DNA of 64,000 bases, taken from NCBI GenBank assembly GCA_002269645.1, contig NIVC01003512.1, positions 30,256 through 94,255 of the forward strand. The letters run 5' to 3'. The DNA is from Macrostomum lignano (taxonomy: Eukaryota). A program made the translations under genes and the position numbers. Positions 11,681-25,489 of the stretch are shown piece after piece. Positions within the stretch are counted from its first letter, which is position 1; each line of letters starts with the position of its first letter. Below the pieces are notes generated by a model. The model had not been told where the DNA came from and did not search any database. It saw nothing but the letters and a program-made list of their open reading frames with translations.

Positions 11681-14544
11681 CGAGGCGGCTGCTCAACTGC
11701 CAGCGGCAATGGGGGAACCAGCGCAGTAGGGTGAGGGTCAGTTGCAACTAGTTTGCTTGTCCACCAGAATGTTGGTAGCAAGAGGCTACTCCACGAGGCA
11801 AGCGGGCTGGAGGGAGAGAAACAGTGGAAGAGCTGAGGCGAACGGGGAGAGTGCGGAGAGAGGAGAGTCGCGTCGAGCTGAGCGCGCAGTTGCTTAAATA
11901 AATGATTAGAGACACTTCACAAGGCTTGCTGCGCCATCGGTTGCCAATGACAACCACCTGGCACGCCAGTGCAGATGCGTATTAGGGTTGGCTGGTGGAG
12001 CTACTGGGGGTAGGGAAGACCAAGTTTAGGACCAAAGAGCACAAATCTGATCCCCGAAGCGCTGCGCAGACAATGGCCCTTCCTCTCTATCAATTCTCTC
12101 TCTGTGTTTCTACTTCTCTCGCCACCCTTTCTCGCGGGCGCCTTCCAAATGCCATGGCAACCAGGGGGGGGGGTCTATTGAGTGGCAGCTGACCCAATAA
12201 AAGTAATATGGTACCCCTGATTCCGTCGTTGCCGGTCCGCCTGACTTTCATAGCCAATTCTCAATATGCAAAGCGCACTGCCCCCGGCTCCGCCCGAGCG
12301 AATTGGGCAAATGGAAAGGCAGGGAGAGACGCAGAACCAAAGACCGGAGTCGCCATGGAGCCTGAGCAGCCCAGGGCGGCCGATTGGAGTGGCGCAGGTG
12401 GGGGTCTGGCTTTGATTACCGAGTGGGGAATTAGTCCCAGCTACAAACTGACTTCTCTGGTTCAATCCGGAGCGCCAGCGGGCTGCAACCAGCGCCCTCC
12501 TGTCCGGTTTTTATTCTTTGAAGTGGCGACGGGACAATTTTTAGAGGCGCCACACAGCAGTGCTGGATAATCAATTGCGGCCGAGGCGCAGGCACCCCGT
12601 TGCCATGGGGTTGCCATGGTCGCTTTGCGTAGCTAGACAATTTCTGTGAACCGGAACCGGGTCTCGTTGACATTTGATGAAAACATTTTGTTCAAGAGCG
12701 GAACCCTCTGGTGGCCTATGTGTTTACATACGTCCCTCGTGCCTTGGTGGACAGGCAGTTGATGTTTAGGTGGCTCAAGTTGACCAACTGACACTGAAAT
12801 ACTCTGTCAGCTTGTCAAACATTCTGAATATTCGTAAAGCATGCTCTCAATAATATACAGAGGAAAATGCAAAAAACTCCCTAGAGCTACTAGAGCCACC
12901 AAAAGACACCAATTAAGAGATCCCTGAGTCGAGTTGAGATTGAGTAACACCGTGGGCTGGCCAAGATAAAGTTCCTCGTTAGTTGTACGAGCGTAGTTAG
13001 GCTTTAAAAGAATAGGCTTCTACTTATGTTCAAAGTTAGGTATGTTAGCATTTTTATGGCATTACCATAGAGTGGAGCGTAGAAATTCATATGAAAAACT
13101 ATTGGGATGCATTAAAACAAAGTAAACGACTTTCGAAAAAAATTTCCTTAAAAATAATCGTAGCACAGAACCTGAAAACTTAATTTTTAAACTTGAGCTT
13201 TTAACAGTGGTTGATTAAATAACTGATTGAACTTTAAATCTAATTACTTCCAATGTTTTAAATTGTCTTTTGTTTAAGTACACATACTGTTTGAGTCACA
13301 TATCGTTAAAATAACTCAGTTTGAAACGGTAACGCAAATAACAGCGATATAGTAGGTGGAAAGCAATTCAAATTGTCTTTAAATTTACAAAACGACTTGT
13401 CCCTAATAAATTCTAATCTGATCCTAATTCCATCCTAATTCCAGGGGAATTCTTTAATGAATTGAGCAGGCCTGTATCATTTGACTTTTAATGTTACTTA
13501 AATTTTATTAGTAGAAAAGCAGACTTTACAATGAATCTACACACATATTTTTCTACCATTTAAAAATCAATGACAATGTAATAACTTGAAGAATAATTGT
13601 TTTGTAAGAGATTGAATATTCTAGTCAGAAGGTACTTTGTTGGCGTCCAAATTAATTTTATCTTTTAGCCAAATAAGTTTCCCTGATACATTGTGTTTAC
13701 GCTTCTGTAGTATATTCATTTTAATATTGCAATATATTATGTTGTGTATTGTGCATAGTATTGTACGATTATTGACAGTCTGTGGAGCAGTCTTTTGAAT
13801 TTCAGATTTTCGCTGGCTCCCTTTTAGTTTTACTTTGTTTGAAACATGCATTTCATAATACTCGTACTACAATTGTAAGTTAACAAACATGAAAACAGCT
13901 TATTCGACTTCGTACCACTAAACCATTGCAGCCTATATAAAAAATAATTTTTGCCAAACTGTCAATGATAATAAGTGCAAACGGGAAATCACAAAATGAA
14001 AGAGCAATAATACGAGCATGAATTTTTTGCCTTTGCTTTTTTCTTTTTAAATAGAAACAAAAAGATATATCTTACCATTTTATGAAAACCAGAATAGTAT
14101 TTTAATTTCTTTGCCACCTGCTTGCAACAAAAAATGAGTCATACACCGCGCGGCAAATAACTCGGTAATTTTGAAAAATTGCTTGTTCTATTTACGTTTT
14201 ATCCGTTTACTAAAACAAAATCTTTACAAATTACAGCACAACTCGTGTAAAAAATAGTTTGAATTAAAAATTATAGTCGAATTTCATTAAGAATTAATTT
14301 TCTTTTCATTATAAATGTAATCTAGCAGCTTCACGAATCAGTGGATAAGTTAATTGTTACGTTCTAGTAGCTTGGGCTTGATTTAGAATTTTTTTAAGCG
14401 GTCAAGTCTAAACATCTGTCAGTATTACAGTGTTAACTTAGTTGTAATAGCAAAGAGGATTGGTTAACAATTGTTTAATAATGTTACTAAATTGTCTTAC
14501 ATTTAGACTAGACAGGAACAATTCAGAATTAATAAATTAGAATA

Positions 14545-14645
14545 ATACCCGGGTGGCGCATAAGTAACTTTACAAATTTGAAACTTTTAGTTTATGTCGA
14601 TGTGTACACATGTACGAGTAGTTACTTATGCGCCCCTCGGGTATG
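14545..14645. mobile_element. Tiny MITE-like element
   Basis: tacccgggtggcgcataagtaact ... agttacttatgcgcccctcgggta, an imperfect 24-bp inverted pair. Confidence 0.45.
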
Positions 14646-15179
14646 TGTGATGAATTGTATATATATATATACCTATACCTAAATGTGCTAACGATCTACT
14701 AAAAAAATTCCTTGCTTGCAATTAGGTACTCGTAGATATAGTCTCAGAACTCAACAGTATGAGAAGGCGTAGTCGGATGGAAGCTAATTTAGGACGACTT
14801 AATAGAAAGAAAACTTGTAGAAAATTTCTTTAGAAAACCTAAATTCGCGAAGTGCGAGTACTTCAAAGCTATACAAACTTTTCACCAGTGCGAACTCGGA
14901 GCTGTTCCGATGTTTTTTGGCTTTGTCTTTGTTTAAATCTTTTGGATGCTGTTCAGCAACCAGCGGGAAACAGAAGTGACAAAAAACTGTTTATGAGGGA
15001 AATTATTTGCAATGCCGATATACAACTGCTGAGCGTGAACGGCAAATTTCGGCGAATGTGATTCGAACTGCTTAGCAGAGTCATGAATACTGGAAGAGCC
15101 ATTCTGGCAGAAGTAACAGCTTTCCATGAGAAAGCAGCTATGTAGTGAACTCCCCAGATTCAATGCCTTGAAGGGGAGG

Positions 15180-15356
15180 GGGCATCACAAACCCGAAAAA
15201 TCACAACTCCGAAAAGCGCTTTTCATCATAAACCCGAAATATCATAAACCCGAAAAATCACAACTCCGAAAGTTCTAGCAATGTCCAACACTATTTTGGT
15301 TTTCGGAGTTGTGATTTTTCGGGTTTATGATATTTCGGGTTTATGATGGCAACCCC
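15180..15356. mobile_element. Foldback/MITE-like element
   Basis: Perfect 48-bp inverted repeat (15224-15271 vs 15301-15348) built from aaacccgaaa sub-repeats. Confidence 0.6.
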
Positions 15357-16116
15357 TTTGAGGCACCGCAGGTCACTCAGAATTCCCTCTTTTGAGCGAT
15401 GTAACCTAGAAATAAGAAGAAGGAGAAACATGATTCGATCGCATGCTTGATATTTACAACAAAGAACTGCATCCTACTCAAAAGTCAAAACTCACCTAAA
15501 TTATTATACAATACATTTACTTTCATTTCCAGACTAAGTCACATTCTCCGCAGAGGTGTAGCAGCTCACTTTTCTAAACAGGTGATTAGCAGTGATTAAC
15601 TGGTGGGAATACCAAGCCATTTTTCCGCCCATCGAACTACCAACCTCCTCCGTCAAGATATTCAACGATTCTGCCAAAAGTTCGGATTTTTCCCTTAAGC
15701 GCCAGTGTATTCAGTGCACCCCTCAGTGCAGCCTTGCCAAGTCTCCGAATTTCATCAGCACGTCCACCACATGTGTCTGCATCAGCTGTGACTTCGTTGG
15801 TCACTAGCCTTCACCCAGGTGGAGCTTCTGGACCTTCAACAGGTGGCACCAGCTAGGTGACTATGGACACCCCGTTGCGAATTTCTTTTGTTTCGCTAAT
15901 CAAGCCTCGACAGTGGGCAAAGCCTCAACTGCTAGACACCAGGCGTTCACAATACTATTACAGTAAAAACAAAGAAAAATCAGCACAAAGTATGATAGCT
16001 ACTACTGTGCACTCGACATTTGGAGGAACTTATTTTTCATCGTAATGGTAATTTCACTTGATTTTATGTGGATTTAGTTAAAACTTAAAAAATCTGTCTC
16101 ATATCCATAGTCACCT

Positions 16117-16854
16117 TGTCAGCTCAAGTGACTCAGCCAGTTAAGATCGGTCAGTTCAAGTGACTCAGCCAGTTAAAATCGGTCAGTTCAAGTGACTCAG
16201 CCAGTTAAAATCGGTCAGTTCAAGTGACTCAACCGGAATTAAAACCGGTCAGTTCAAGTGACTCAGCCAGTTAAGATCGGTCAGTTCAAGTGACTCAGCC
16301 AGTTAAAATCGGTCATTTCAAGTGACTCAACCGGAATTAAAATCGGTCAGTTCGAGTGACTCAGCCAGTTAAGATCGGTCAGTTCAAGTGACTCAGCCAG
16401 TTAAGATCGGTCAGTTCAAGTGACTCAGCCAGTTAAGATCGGTCAGTTCAAGTGACTCAACCGGAATTAAAATCGGTCAGTTCAAGTGACTCAACCGGAA
16501 TTAAAATTGGTCAGTTCGAGTGACTCAGCCAGTTAAAATCGGTCAGTTCAAGTGACTCAACCGGAATTAAAATCGGTCAGTTCAAGTGACTCAACCGGAA
16601 TTAAAATCGGTCAGTTCAAGTGACTCAACCGGAATTAAAATCGGTCAGTTCGAGTGACTCAGCCAGTTAAAATCGGTCAGTTCGAGTGACTCAGCCAGTT
16701 AAAATCGGTCAGTTCGAGTGACTCAGCCAGTTAAAATCGGTCAGTTTAAGTGACTCAGCCAGTAAAAATCGGTCAGTTCAAGTGACTCAGCCAGTTAAGA
16801 TCGGTCAGTTCAAGTGACTCAGCCAGCTAAAATCGGTCAGTTCAAGTGACTCAG
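16117..16854. repeat. 32/33-bp minisatellite containing TGACTCA in each unit
   Basis: Unit tcagttcaagtgactcagccagttaaaatcgg. Confidence 0.95.
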
Positions 16855-17383
16855 GTCAATGTCTTGGCCAAGTCTGCTTCTCTGACTAATAATTGCAGCA
16901 TTTTCGTGCCATGAGTTGATTAAAAAGTCAGTCAACATTTGAAACAAAAGAGGACAAATTGAATCTATTGATTTCCTATCAAACGGTGCCAATATTGTAT
17001 TCTACAGCGTGCAGAAAGCTAATTGAGATAAGTCCCGATGGGACTCATAAACACGGGCTACATTTGTTATTATCCATAAATTGACGTTGGCAGTAATGTA
17101 CCTTAAGCTTAAGCTTTGGAAACTTGGAAAAAACTTTCTGGAGTTTTCGAACTTTCACTGCAAGCTACAGGTCACTCCATTCGGGAAGCATGTATGAAAA
17201 TGATTGCAGGGCAAGCTCAAACTTGCTGTTTGAGTCAACTAACACTCAATGGCCCTTCAAAGGAAATAGAAGTCGGATGAGAGAGCAACTTCTGAAGCAG
17301 TCAAAAAGTCAAATCAAAAGGCACTGTAGTTGCCGACCAACAGTTACGAAAATCGTTGGAGACGAAAGCGGGACTCGCAAACG

Positions 17384-17650
17384 TACACCTGCCCTAATGG
17401 GCAGATGTGCAACCGACAGCTCAGCCGCAGCTATTGCGCGGCGCATCTGAAGGCTGCGTCCAAGGACTGGAGGGTCGCTACACACACCCTCAATTACCCC
17501 AGCCAATGCCGGCACCCATTTTACAGCTGGGTGAACTGAAGCAATGCAGAGATAAGTGCCTTGCTCAAGGACACAAACTGTTCCAGTGGGATCAGGAATC
17601 GAACCCCCAACCTTTCAGTTGTGATTCCGACGCTCTACCACTTTGTCTCC
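17384..17650 (-). mobile_element. tRNA-derived CORE-type SINE (family A), near full length
   Basis: Minus-strand head has an A box (tggtagagcg) and B box (ggttcgattcc). Centre cccattttacagctgggtgaactgaagcaatgcagagataagtgccttgctcaaggacac resembles the MIR CORE domain. 3' hairpin ctgccc-taat-gggcag. Second copy at 9302-9555. Confidence 0.75.
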
Positions 17651-18391
17651 AATAGAAAATATTGAACGAGTAACTCCATTTGTGCTTCGTGAAAGTTTGC
17701 CAAGCATTAACCACGGCTTGCGAATGTGGCTTGTGATCTTAGAAAAAAAAGAAATTTTAACTGCAGGACTTGAGCCGATCCAGAATTTTTAATTTCAACT
17801 ATTTTTGCATGACCGCGCACAATTGGTGAATTTTTTTACAAGCTCTTCCAAGCACTTTCCAAGGTCCAGCCTGTGCCTTTCGGATTCCAAATGCAAGCAA
17901 GTGATATGACTGGTGACACTAACAAATTGCGGTCAAGTTTCAACGCACCTCCCCCCTGCATTGCTTGATTGCTTGCCGACAAAGTAACTTCTAGGAGGGC
18001 TAGTAATTGTTTACTCCTTCTTTACTTCTTAGTTGAAGCCAGTGTAAATTGCAGCACCTGTCCAGATCTCTGGCTGGCCCTCCGGTTTTATACTGAGAGT
18101 GGACAGAAGAAGCGGTTTAGATAGCAGAGTTCACCCTTGCCTGGCAGGGGTTTGCATCGCGCTGGCCTGATATCTGTAGGTTGCGCTCGCACTATCTCTA
18201 GCACTCATTGCAAGAATTCGGACAGGCAGAAAGCCGAAAGCACTTTGAATTCGTATTGGCCAATAATAGCAGCAGGCACTGATTCCACCGGCTCTTGCCT
18301 GCACTGTTGCATGGCTGCACAACTACAATTTTTAATCTTAAATTTTACAATTTTCAACAAAAAGGGCAATATGGGAACACGAATTTCAAAA

Positions 18392-18518
18392 CCAACATCT
18401 TGTCTTGTCTACGGCGCTAAATTGGTGCCAACATCTTGTCTGCGGCGCTAAATTGGCGCCAACATCTTGTCTGCGGCGCTAAATTGGTGCCAACATCTTG
18501 TCCAGGCGCTAAATTGGC
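18392..18518. repeat. 31-bp tandem repeat (about 4 units)
   Basis: Unit ccaacatcttgtctgcggcgctaaattggtg. Confidence 0.85.
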
Positions 18519-19519
18519 TTCAAAATCTTTTTTTCGGGATTTCATCTGACCACCTCACCTTACAAGCCTAACAGGATTGTATAACTTTAACAGCCCTTTA
18601 ACTTTGATAGCTCCATGCCTGTTGTCAGGTGATTTGAGAGCTTGGAAATTCTAAGTAAGGCCTTCTAAATGCTTCGACAAAAATGCAAATACATGTCATC
18701 TTTTCGCTCACCTATGTCGACTCTTTCTTTAAAACTTTAAATAGATTGTTCTCGGAAACAAACCTGTGTCATTTTCGGCCCTCAAAGGTGCGAAAAGGGG
18801 TGAAACAAGTGTAAAAAAGGCAAGAAATACGCGCTGGCAGCTTAGGAAGCAATATTAAAGCAATTTTGCAAGCAAGCAATAACATATAAATTTGAGATTT
18901 GAGTACTTGCTCTGACTAGTTCAATGATAAGTATTCTCAGAGTCTACAATTGATCAGTTTGAGTCGGAAAGCTGAAAGACAACCACCGACCATCGTGGTG
19001 AGACCTGGCCTCAAGGTGTTTATTTTCTTTTCCGTAATGCTTGAGCAGCTTGAGTGCAAAAAATCAGACAAACTAATTAATTTCAAGTGACTGGGGATTT
19101 CACCGACTAGTCTGATTTAGGTCACCTAAAATAATTACTGTGAAGTTTTGACCAACTGTGTCGAATTCTGCACGATTGGCTGACCACGCAGGAAATCTAC
19201 TGCGGAGCCGGTGCTTCCTGTCATTCTGGACCGGCTGAATCAAAATTAGCATTATCACTAGCCATTTAGCCCCCCTCCGGGTGGCTTCTTAGCAGTTTAG
19301 CGCTTGTCTATAAGCAGTTTTGCACAGTCGCTGAGCAAATCTCACTAATCTCCGAGCAGTTCTGCAGTAGCAAATCTCTAAGCAGTTTCACACCAATTTT
19401 ACTGAGACTAAAAAGTTCTAAAAAGTTACATTTCTTAATGTTTGAAACTTTGCAATGTCAATTCATTTATAGTTCTTTTATGATTATTAGTTATTTTCAA
19501 ATCCTCATCAGATTACCAC

Positions 19520-20320
19520 TATTCTCCCACATTAGCCCTACACCCCCAGATTAGCCCCACTTCCCCCAGATTAGCACTACTCCCCCCATATTAGCCGCAC
19601 ACCCCCAGATTAGCCCCACTTCCCCCAGATTAGCACTACGCCCAGCTTAGCACTCAGCCCAGATTAGCACTCAGCCCAGATTAGCACTCAGCCCAGATTA
19701 GCACTCAGCCCAGATTAGCACTCAGCCCAAATTAGCACTCAGCCCAAATTAGCACTCAGCCCAGATTAGCACTCAGCCCAGATTAGCACTACGCCCAGCT
19801 TAGCACTCAGCCCAGATTAGCACTCAGCCCAAATTAGCACTCAGCCCAGATTAGCACTCAGCCCAGATTAGCACTCAGCCCAGATTAGCACTCAGCCCAG
19901 ATTAGCACTCAGCCCAGTTTAGCATTCAGCCCAGATTAGCACTCAGCCCAGATTAGCATTCAGCCCAGATTAGCACTCAGCCCAGATTAGCACTCAGCCC
20001 AGATTAGCACTCAGCCCAGATTAGCACTCAGCCCAGATTAGCACTCAGCCCAGATTAGCACTCAGCCTAGATTAGTACTCAGCCCAGATTAGCACTCAGC
20101 CTAGATTAGTACTCAGCCCAGATTAGCACTCAGCCTAGATTAGCACCGCTCCACAGGTTACCGCCGCTTCCCAGATAGTTTCACCCCTTCCCAGATTAGC
20201 ACCACTCCGCAAAAATTCGCACCGCTACCTCCTCCAGATTAGCCCCCCCCACTCCTTTATATTAGCCCCACTCCCTTAGATTAGCACCGCTCCCCAGATT
20301 AGCACCACTCCCAAACTGCT
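19520..20320. repeat. 17-bp minisatellite with degenerate flanks
   Basis: Unit gattagcactcagccca. Confidence 0.92.
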
Positions 20321-21639
20321 AGAAGGTAACTACTATTATCGCCTCAGAAGTTTAAAGTTAAACCCTCCCCAGAAATTGGCAGTTATCCCCACAACAACCT
20401 GAAATTATCCCTTCTAATTCCGCAAAACAGACTGCAGTCATACAACTCATTTGCACTCTACAACTTTTATTATTATTATTCATTTATCCCTCAGGGACCC
20501 AGAATTGTCCCTTCTGCAAGCTACAATTATTCACAGTTAGATATCCTCCTCAGAAGTCTGCCATTATTATCCTAGCAGTCTGCAGCTATCCCCTCGGCAG
20601 TTTGCAGCTTATACGCTCATAAGTCTCGAGAAACTAACCAACGTCAGCAGTTTGCAGTTTGTCCCCTTTGCAGTCTGCAATGATCCCTTCAACAATCTGC
20701 AGTTCCCCTCAGTAGTCTGCAGTCAATTCATTTGCAGTCAGCAAGTGTTTCCTTAATAATTCTCATTTATCCCCTCAGCAGTCTGCAGTTCTCTCAGCTG
20801 GCCCCTCAGTATTCTCAGCAAACTGCAATGATCTTTTCAATTATTTAAAAATTTGCTCAGCATTTACGACGGCGCACTAATCAATTTTCGATACATATTG
20901 GCAGTCTTGCGCAACTCAGCATTTAGCAATACCTCAGCAGTTTAGCAGCATCGTCTGCAGTTTAGTAATTTAATCCCCTGCAGTTTAGTCCTATATACTA
21001 AAAATCTACTTCTATAGACCTAGATAATAACAATTAATGGGATCTTAGGATTTTACAAATCAAATCAAATTTGCTTAGTGGCTTGTGCGAGTAGCAAAAG
21101 TAAATTATTGTAATTAATAAAAAATTTTTACAATTAATCAAAAATGTTCAAAATAGTCGAGGCAGAAGCCTCAGACTATTTCGACTCGAACCTTGGACTC
21201 GAACCTTGGACCTTATGCCTAGCCTAAACCTAGTCCTAGTGCCTGCACTGCGGCTATTCCGCCTACTGATCGGAGGGCGCAAAAATCAGCCATATATGCT
21301 TCGGCACTGCAGTCAAATACACAGCAGTGATAGGCTGCTCAGTTCATTAAGCAGTTATGTGCAGGCAGAGCCAATGCACAGTTGAGTGAAATCTATTAAT
21401 AGCAATTGTCTATGCAGTCCGCCAGTCAGCCAGGGTCAGAATGTACACACGCAGCCACTGAGCATTATTTTCCTCTCCCTTATTGCAGCCAGTATTGAGG
21501 CGTACACAGTGAACAGAGAAAAGTTGTGGCGCAATCTTAATTGGAATTGAAATTCAGTCAGTGAGATTTTGACCTTTTCTAGCCTCCCATCGAAAGCATA
21601 GGGAAAACTCGTTTTTCGATTATTTAACCATCTTCCCAT

Positions 21640-21754
21640 TCGAATTTTTTAAATGCAATTACACCCACACAATCTCACAAGAATTTGCAATTGAGTGAAG
21701 CAAGTTTGAAAAAAATCGGTTCAGGCATTCAGGCTGTGGACTGGAATACCGGTC

Positions 21755-21786
<32 letters not shown>

Positions 21787-21815
21787 CTTAGAGATTTAGT
21801 ATATTGTGATTGTGA
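21640..21815 (+). mobile_element. Microsatellite-bearing non-autonomous Helitron-like element end
   Basis: aagtttgaaaaaaatcggttcag...(cagac)n...ttagtatattgtgat resembles Lep1/DINE-1-like elements that carry (GACA)n. Confidence 0.35.
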
Positions 21816-22979
21816 TTAAGCCGGACTCAGCGGATCGGTCTAAAATGTTTCCAGCTGTCGCCTGATTGTCTATCTTGCAGCGAATTTGCATGCATTGTAT
21901 ATTTGAGCGACTCAGGTAAGCGAAAGTCTTCTTCTTTCGGGTGAATAGCTACGTGCCGTGTGTTAATGAATGTTGGTTCTGCTAATCAGGCCGAGCTTTC
22001 GTTCTCTAAGAAAACATTCAGTTTAATCGTGATTTCTTTGCTTAGTCTTGTTTCTAAGTCCTAAGGGACCCCAGTATGTCAGAGTCCTTTGCCAGCCGCT
22101 GCTGTTGCCAAAGTGCTATTCCTGAGCAAATACTCTGAAAGAAACAGGCCTTTTGGGGTAAATTAAACATAAAATACGTCAAACAATAAAATAGCTTTGT
22201 TTTATTTGACTTATAATGTTGCTTCCCAAGTATTACACATTGCTATACATTCACAAAGGTTGAAAAAATGTTGCGAGAGATGTGTCGCTCTTCTGTTGAT
22301 TCTAAAATACTGAAAGGACCAGGCTTCTCTACGTGAAAATATTAGGTCAAACGAGTACTTCTTAGCTAAATGACTTCCCGTCAGATTGCATGTTTAGCGC
22401 TTCGACATGGAAGCTAGAACCGATCAATTGATGCTTGCAAGTCCCGCTGCATGGGTTCTTCAAGTCGCGTAGAAACCTATGTTCGAGTCCGTTCGGTCTT
22501 GGGTGTTATGCCGGAGTCATGACGAGACAATTGATCCCCTTCAGCCGTTCCTGCACCCTCTTTGATGCAAACGGCCGTTGTCAGATATTTAAGTCACCGG
22601 AAGACGGTGCAAAGGTTTCTGAGCTGGCTTGTTGACCTCTGGGCACGTGGACTTCAGTCCATTTGCTACGAACGAGCGTCGTGCAGTCCATTGCCTTGCG
22701 GATCCGTGATCCTTGCTCTTCTTGGAAATCTCGACCGATATCTGCATGGCCATCAGATGCACTGTCATGCGTCATGTAATACAACGATCTTTTAGCCTCT
22801 GGTACTACCAGATGGATCCATCGGTAAAGCAACAGAAACATTGAGTAGCACTGATCGAGCTAATATCTACTAAAGAAAACAGGACGCCATTTAAAAAAAT
22901 TCACAATGAAAGACTTTTTTAGGAATTCTAGCAGATTGATGATATCGTTGAGTCTGGAGGTACTGCATACAGTCGAAAT

Positions 22980-23330
22980 AAACAACAACAACAAAACTTC
23001 TCTTGCCAGCCACTCAGTGGCCGGAAAGGGGGGAGAAGTCAGAGAGCGCGTCTCTGGGCCATAGCCCTCAAAAAGTCACACCCCCCAGCTTGGTCCGGGG
23101 CGCCAGTATCAGTCGAAAGACGGTCAGGACATCTCGCCGTTCGCCTTGGCCTCGCACTTCGAGTAGCGGCTAAGGGCAGCGGGCCTCCGACCGGATGACG
23201 TGGCCAACCAGTCGAAGTCGTCGCCCGCGCAGCAGATCAGAAGGCCGCATCAGGCGCGCCCTTGCGTAGAGCATGGCATTGGTCTGGACCAATGCGCACT
23301 CCGAACGCCTCAGGCAGCAAATAAATTGAC
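22980..23330 (-). mobile_element. 3' fragment of an RTE-like non-LTR retrotransposon
   Basis: RPSDLLRGRRLRLVGHVIR resembles the RT C-terminal RRLRxxGHVxR motif; (GTT)n tail at 22980-22995. Confidence 0.55.
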
Positions 23331-25489
23331 TAAATAGACTCTTCTGCTGCATTTAGACCTAGTTCCATGGGGAAATGCTTTATTACCAGTGCCAATCATT
23401 GGCAGTTTCATTGAAAATTGATAATAGAACGAAGCGTAGAGTGCATCAGTCCCTCTAGTTCTCCCTGCAGGTCTGAGTGCATTAGGAGGGGTTATAGGAT
23501 CAATCCATTTAACTTTTTGGCGCCTATACAGAGAAACTCAAGACAACACAAGGCCTGCGTGCTGAACCAAAGAATTGGCAATTTTATTGGTTTTCAAAGA
23601 AGCAAGTGGCACAGAGATTTCAAACGGGGCCTGCAAACACTGGTGGCAATTGAGAGACGTATGCAAGTTAACCATAAGAGCTCGAATAAATTGTGTCATT
23701 TTTCCACAGTTAGACAGGAATAAGTAAAGGTCGACTAATCCAGAGTCAAGACGGAGTGAACCGGAATGGCGCAACAGCTCTCTCTTGTGGGAAAAAACAG
23801 CTAAAGAGGAATTTTTGGTACACGCTAAGACAATACAGACATATATTGATGCGGAACGAACTTTGCTAACCTGCAGTGCAGCCTGCTATTCATAAATCAG
23901 CCAGATGGGTAGTGAAAAAATCTTTTTAAAAGCGACTATCTCTGACAGGACAGGTGCAGCGACAGGTGTTGTCAAACGAATTAATAGCATGAAGTGCCGA
24001 AGCAAAGTACGAGATGTATCTGATAACAACATCCGAACCAGAGACAAAATTACTTAGCCAAGAGTTAACCACGAGGCAAGAGAGTAAGTGAAGGTTAAAG
24101 CAATCGATAGATATGCAGAAAGCAGCTTCTATAAATTCCAAATTCTAGCGCAATAGAATTCCAAATCATAGAGAAAGAATCATACAGTTCTTAGCGCGCA
24201 TTCGGTGTGGCAGGTTAGTGAAGAGCGAAGTGGCAGAACGAATGGAACTTATGGAAAAATTCGGGCAGGATCGAGTAAGTAAGTACATCAGAAAGAGCTA
24301 GCAACAATATTTTTGTTCCGGCCTGAAAGCACAAATGTTTCTGTGTGAAAAAGAGCTTCGATTTGGAATGGAAGGACTCGTTGTCCTAGCCTGAAAAGGG
24401 GTTGTGTGGACTAATCTCATGATTGGACAAATAATGCAGGCTCTTGTCAATAGGGGCGGTTTTAAACTGTACTGAGGGTGACAGCAGGAGGGTGACTGAG
24501 GGTGACTGAGGGTAAGAGAAAAAATGACGAGAGAGGCAGAGTTAACCCTTGCTGGCTTGTGCTTCATTGAGCTTGCCGCGCTCTCCTCGGGTCAGAGTAC
24601 TGTGCGAACACTTGAAAAGCAAAACACGATTCCCCAGTCTCAACTACTCATGGAAGTACAGGGAGACAGAGAGAAGGGATAGAGCTTGAGTCGAGCGAAG
24701 CGGGGAGAGCAAAGTACGTGTTGAGAGCAGGTAGGCCTCCCCTTGCCTAACAGTTCCCCGTGCCCTAATTTCTCGTGAACTTTTATACGACGGCAAATGG
24801 AATTCGTGGCACGAATAAATAAGAGAGTGATGTAGGGGACTGAAAGATTCACAAGAAGTTGAATAATGGCGGGTACGCAAGTAAGAGCAGTTCACAAAAA
24901 CAAGACAACAAATCTTCAGGGATCTGGAAATGTCACTAATGGTTTCTAATGGCACACATCTGCTCAACAGTTAAAAAAGATAGCTCGAAGGTCCGTGGTT
25001 GGCAGAATGAAACACAATACGAATTTTAGAATTAAAAACATTTCTCTAAACATAAAGGCTGGGATTATAGTTTGACAGGGTGGCACACGGTTCGTAAATC
25101 AATAGCCTGTACACAATCGGTAATGCGTTTGGACAAGAAAATCTGTCTTTTTAATGCGTAGCTCAGCTTTTCGAGTTAGGGAACTTGATAAGCAAAATTG
25201 TTGGGCAATGGAGCCTGACTTTGAAAGCATCTTATATGAAAGCTTAGAGGCTTTGCTGCTGCTGTATGTTTCTTCCAATATTTACAATACTGAGATTTGA
25301 TAATTAACTGGGTCAGCCCGCGGACGACTATCTTTCAGAGCAGCGCTCGGGAATTTAAAACGGAGGTTGACCTGCCGATCAGGAGAAGGGTACCAGGGTT
25401 TATTCAGCTGGGTGACCCCTTTGTAAACAAAAAGAACTGAAAACTGGATGCATTGAGTCCCCACTGGACCAACTGGGAGGTGGCAGTAA

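Noticed and set aside
12670-12800. Possible box C/D snoRNA (tgatga ... ctga)
   Set aside because: No terminal stem or recognisable rRNA guide; such short motifs are expected by chance.
17580-17650. tRNA gene
   Set aside because: Has A and B boxes but no complete cloverleaf, and continues into a SINE body; treated as a SINE head.
22380-25000. Short ORFs suggesting a decayed gene or transposon
   Set aside because: No motif I can assign in any frame; may be old TE debris but unsupported.
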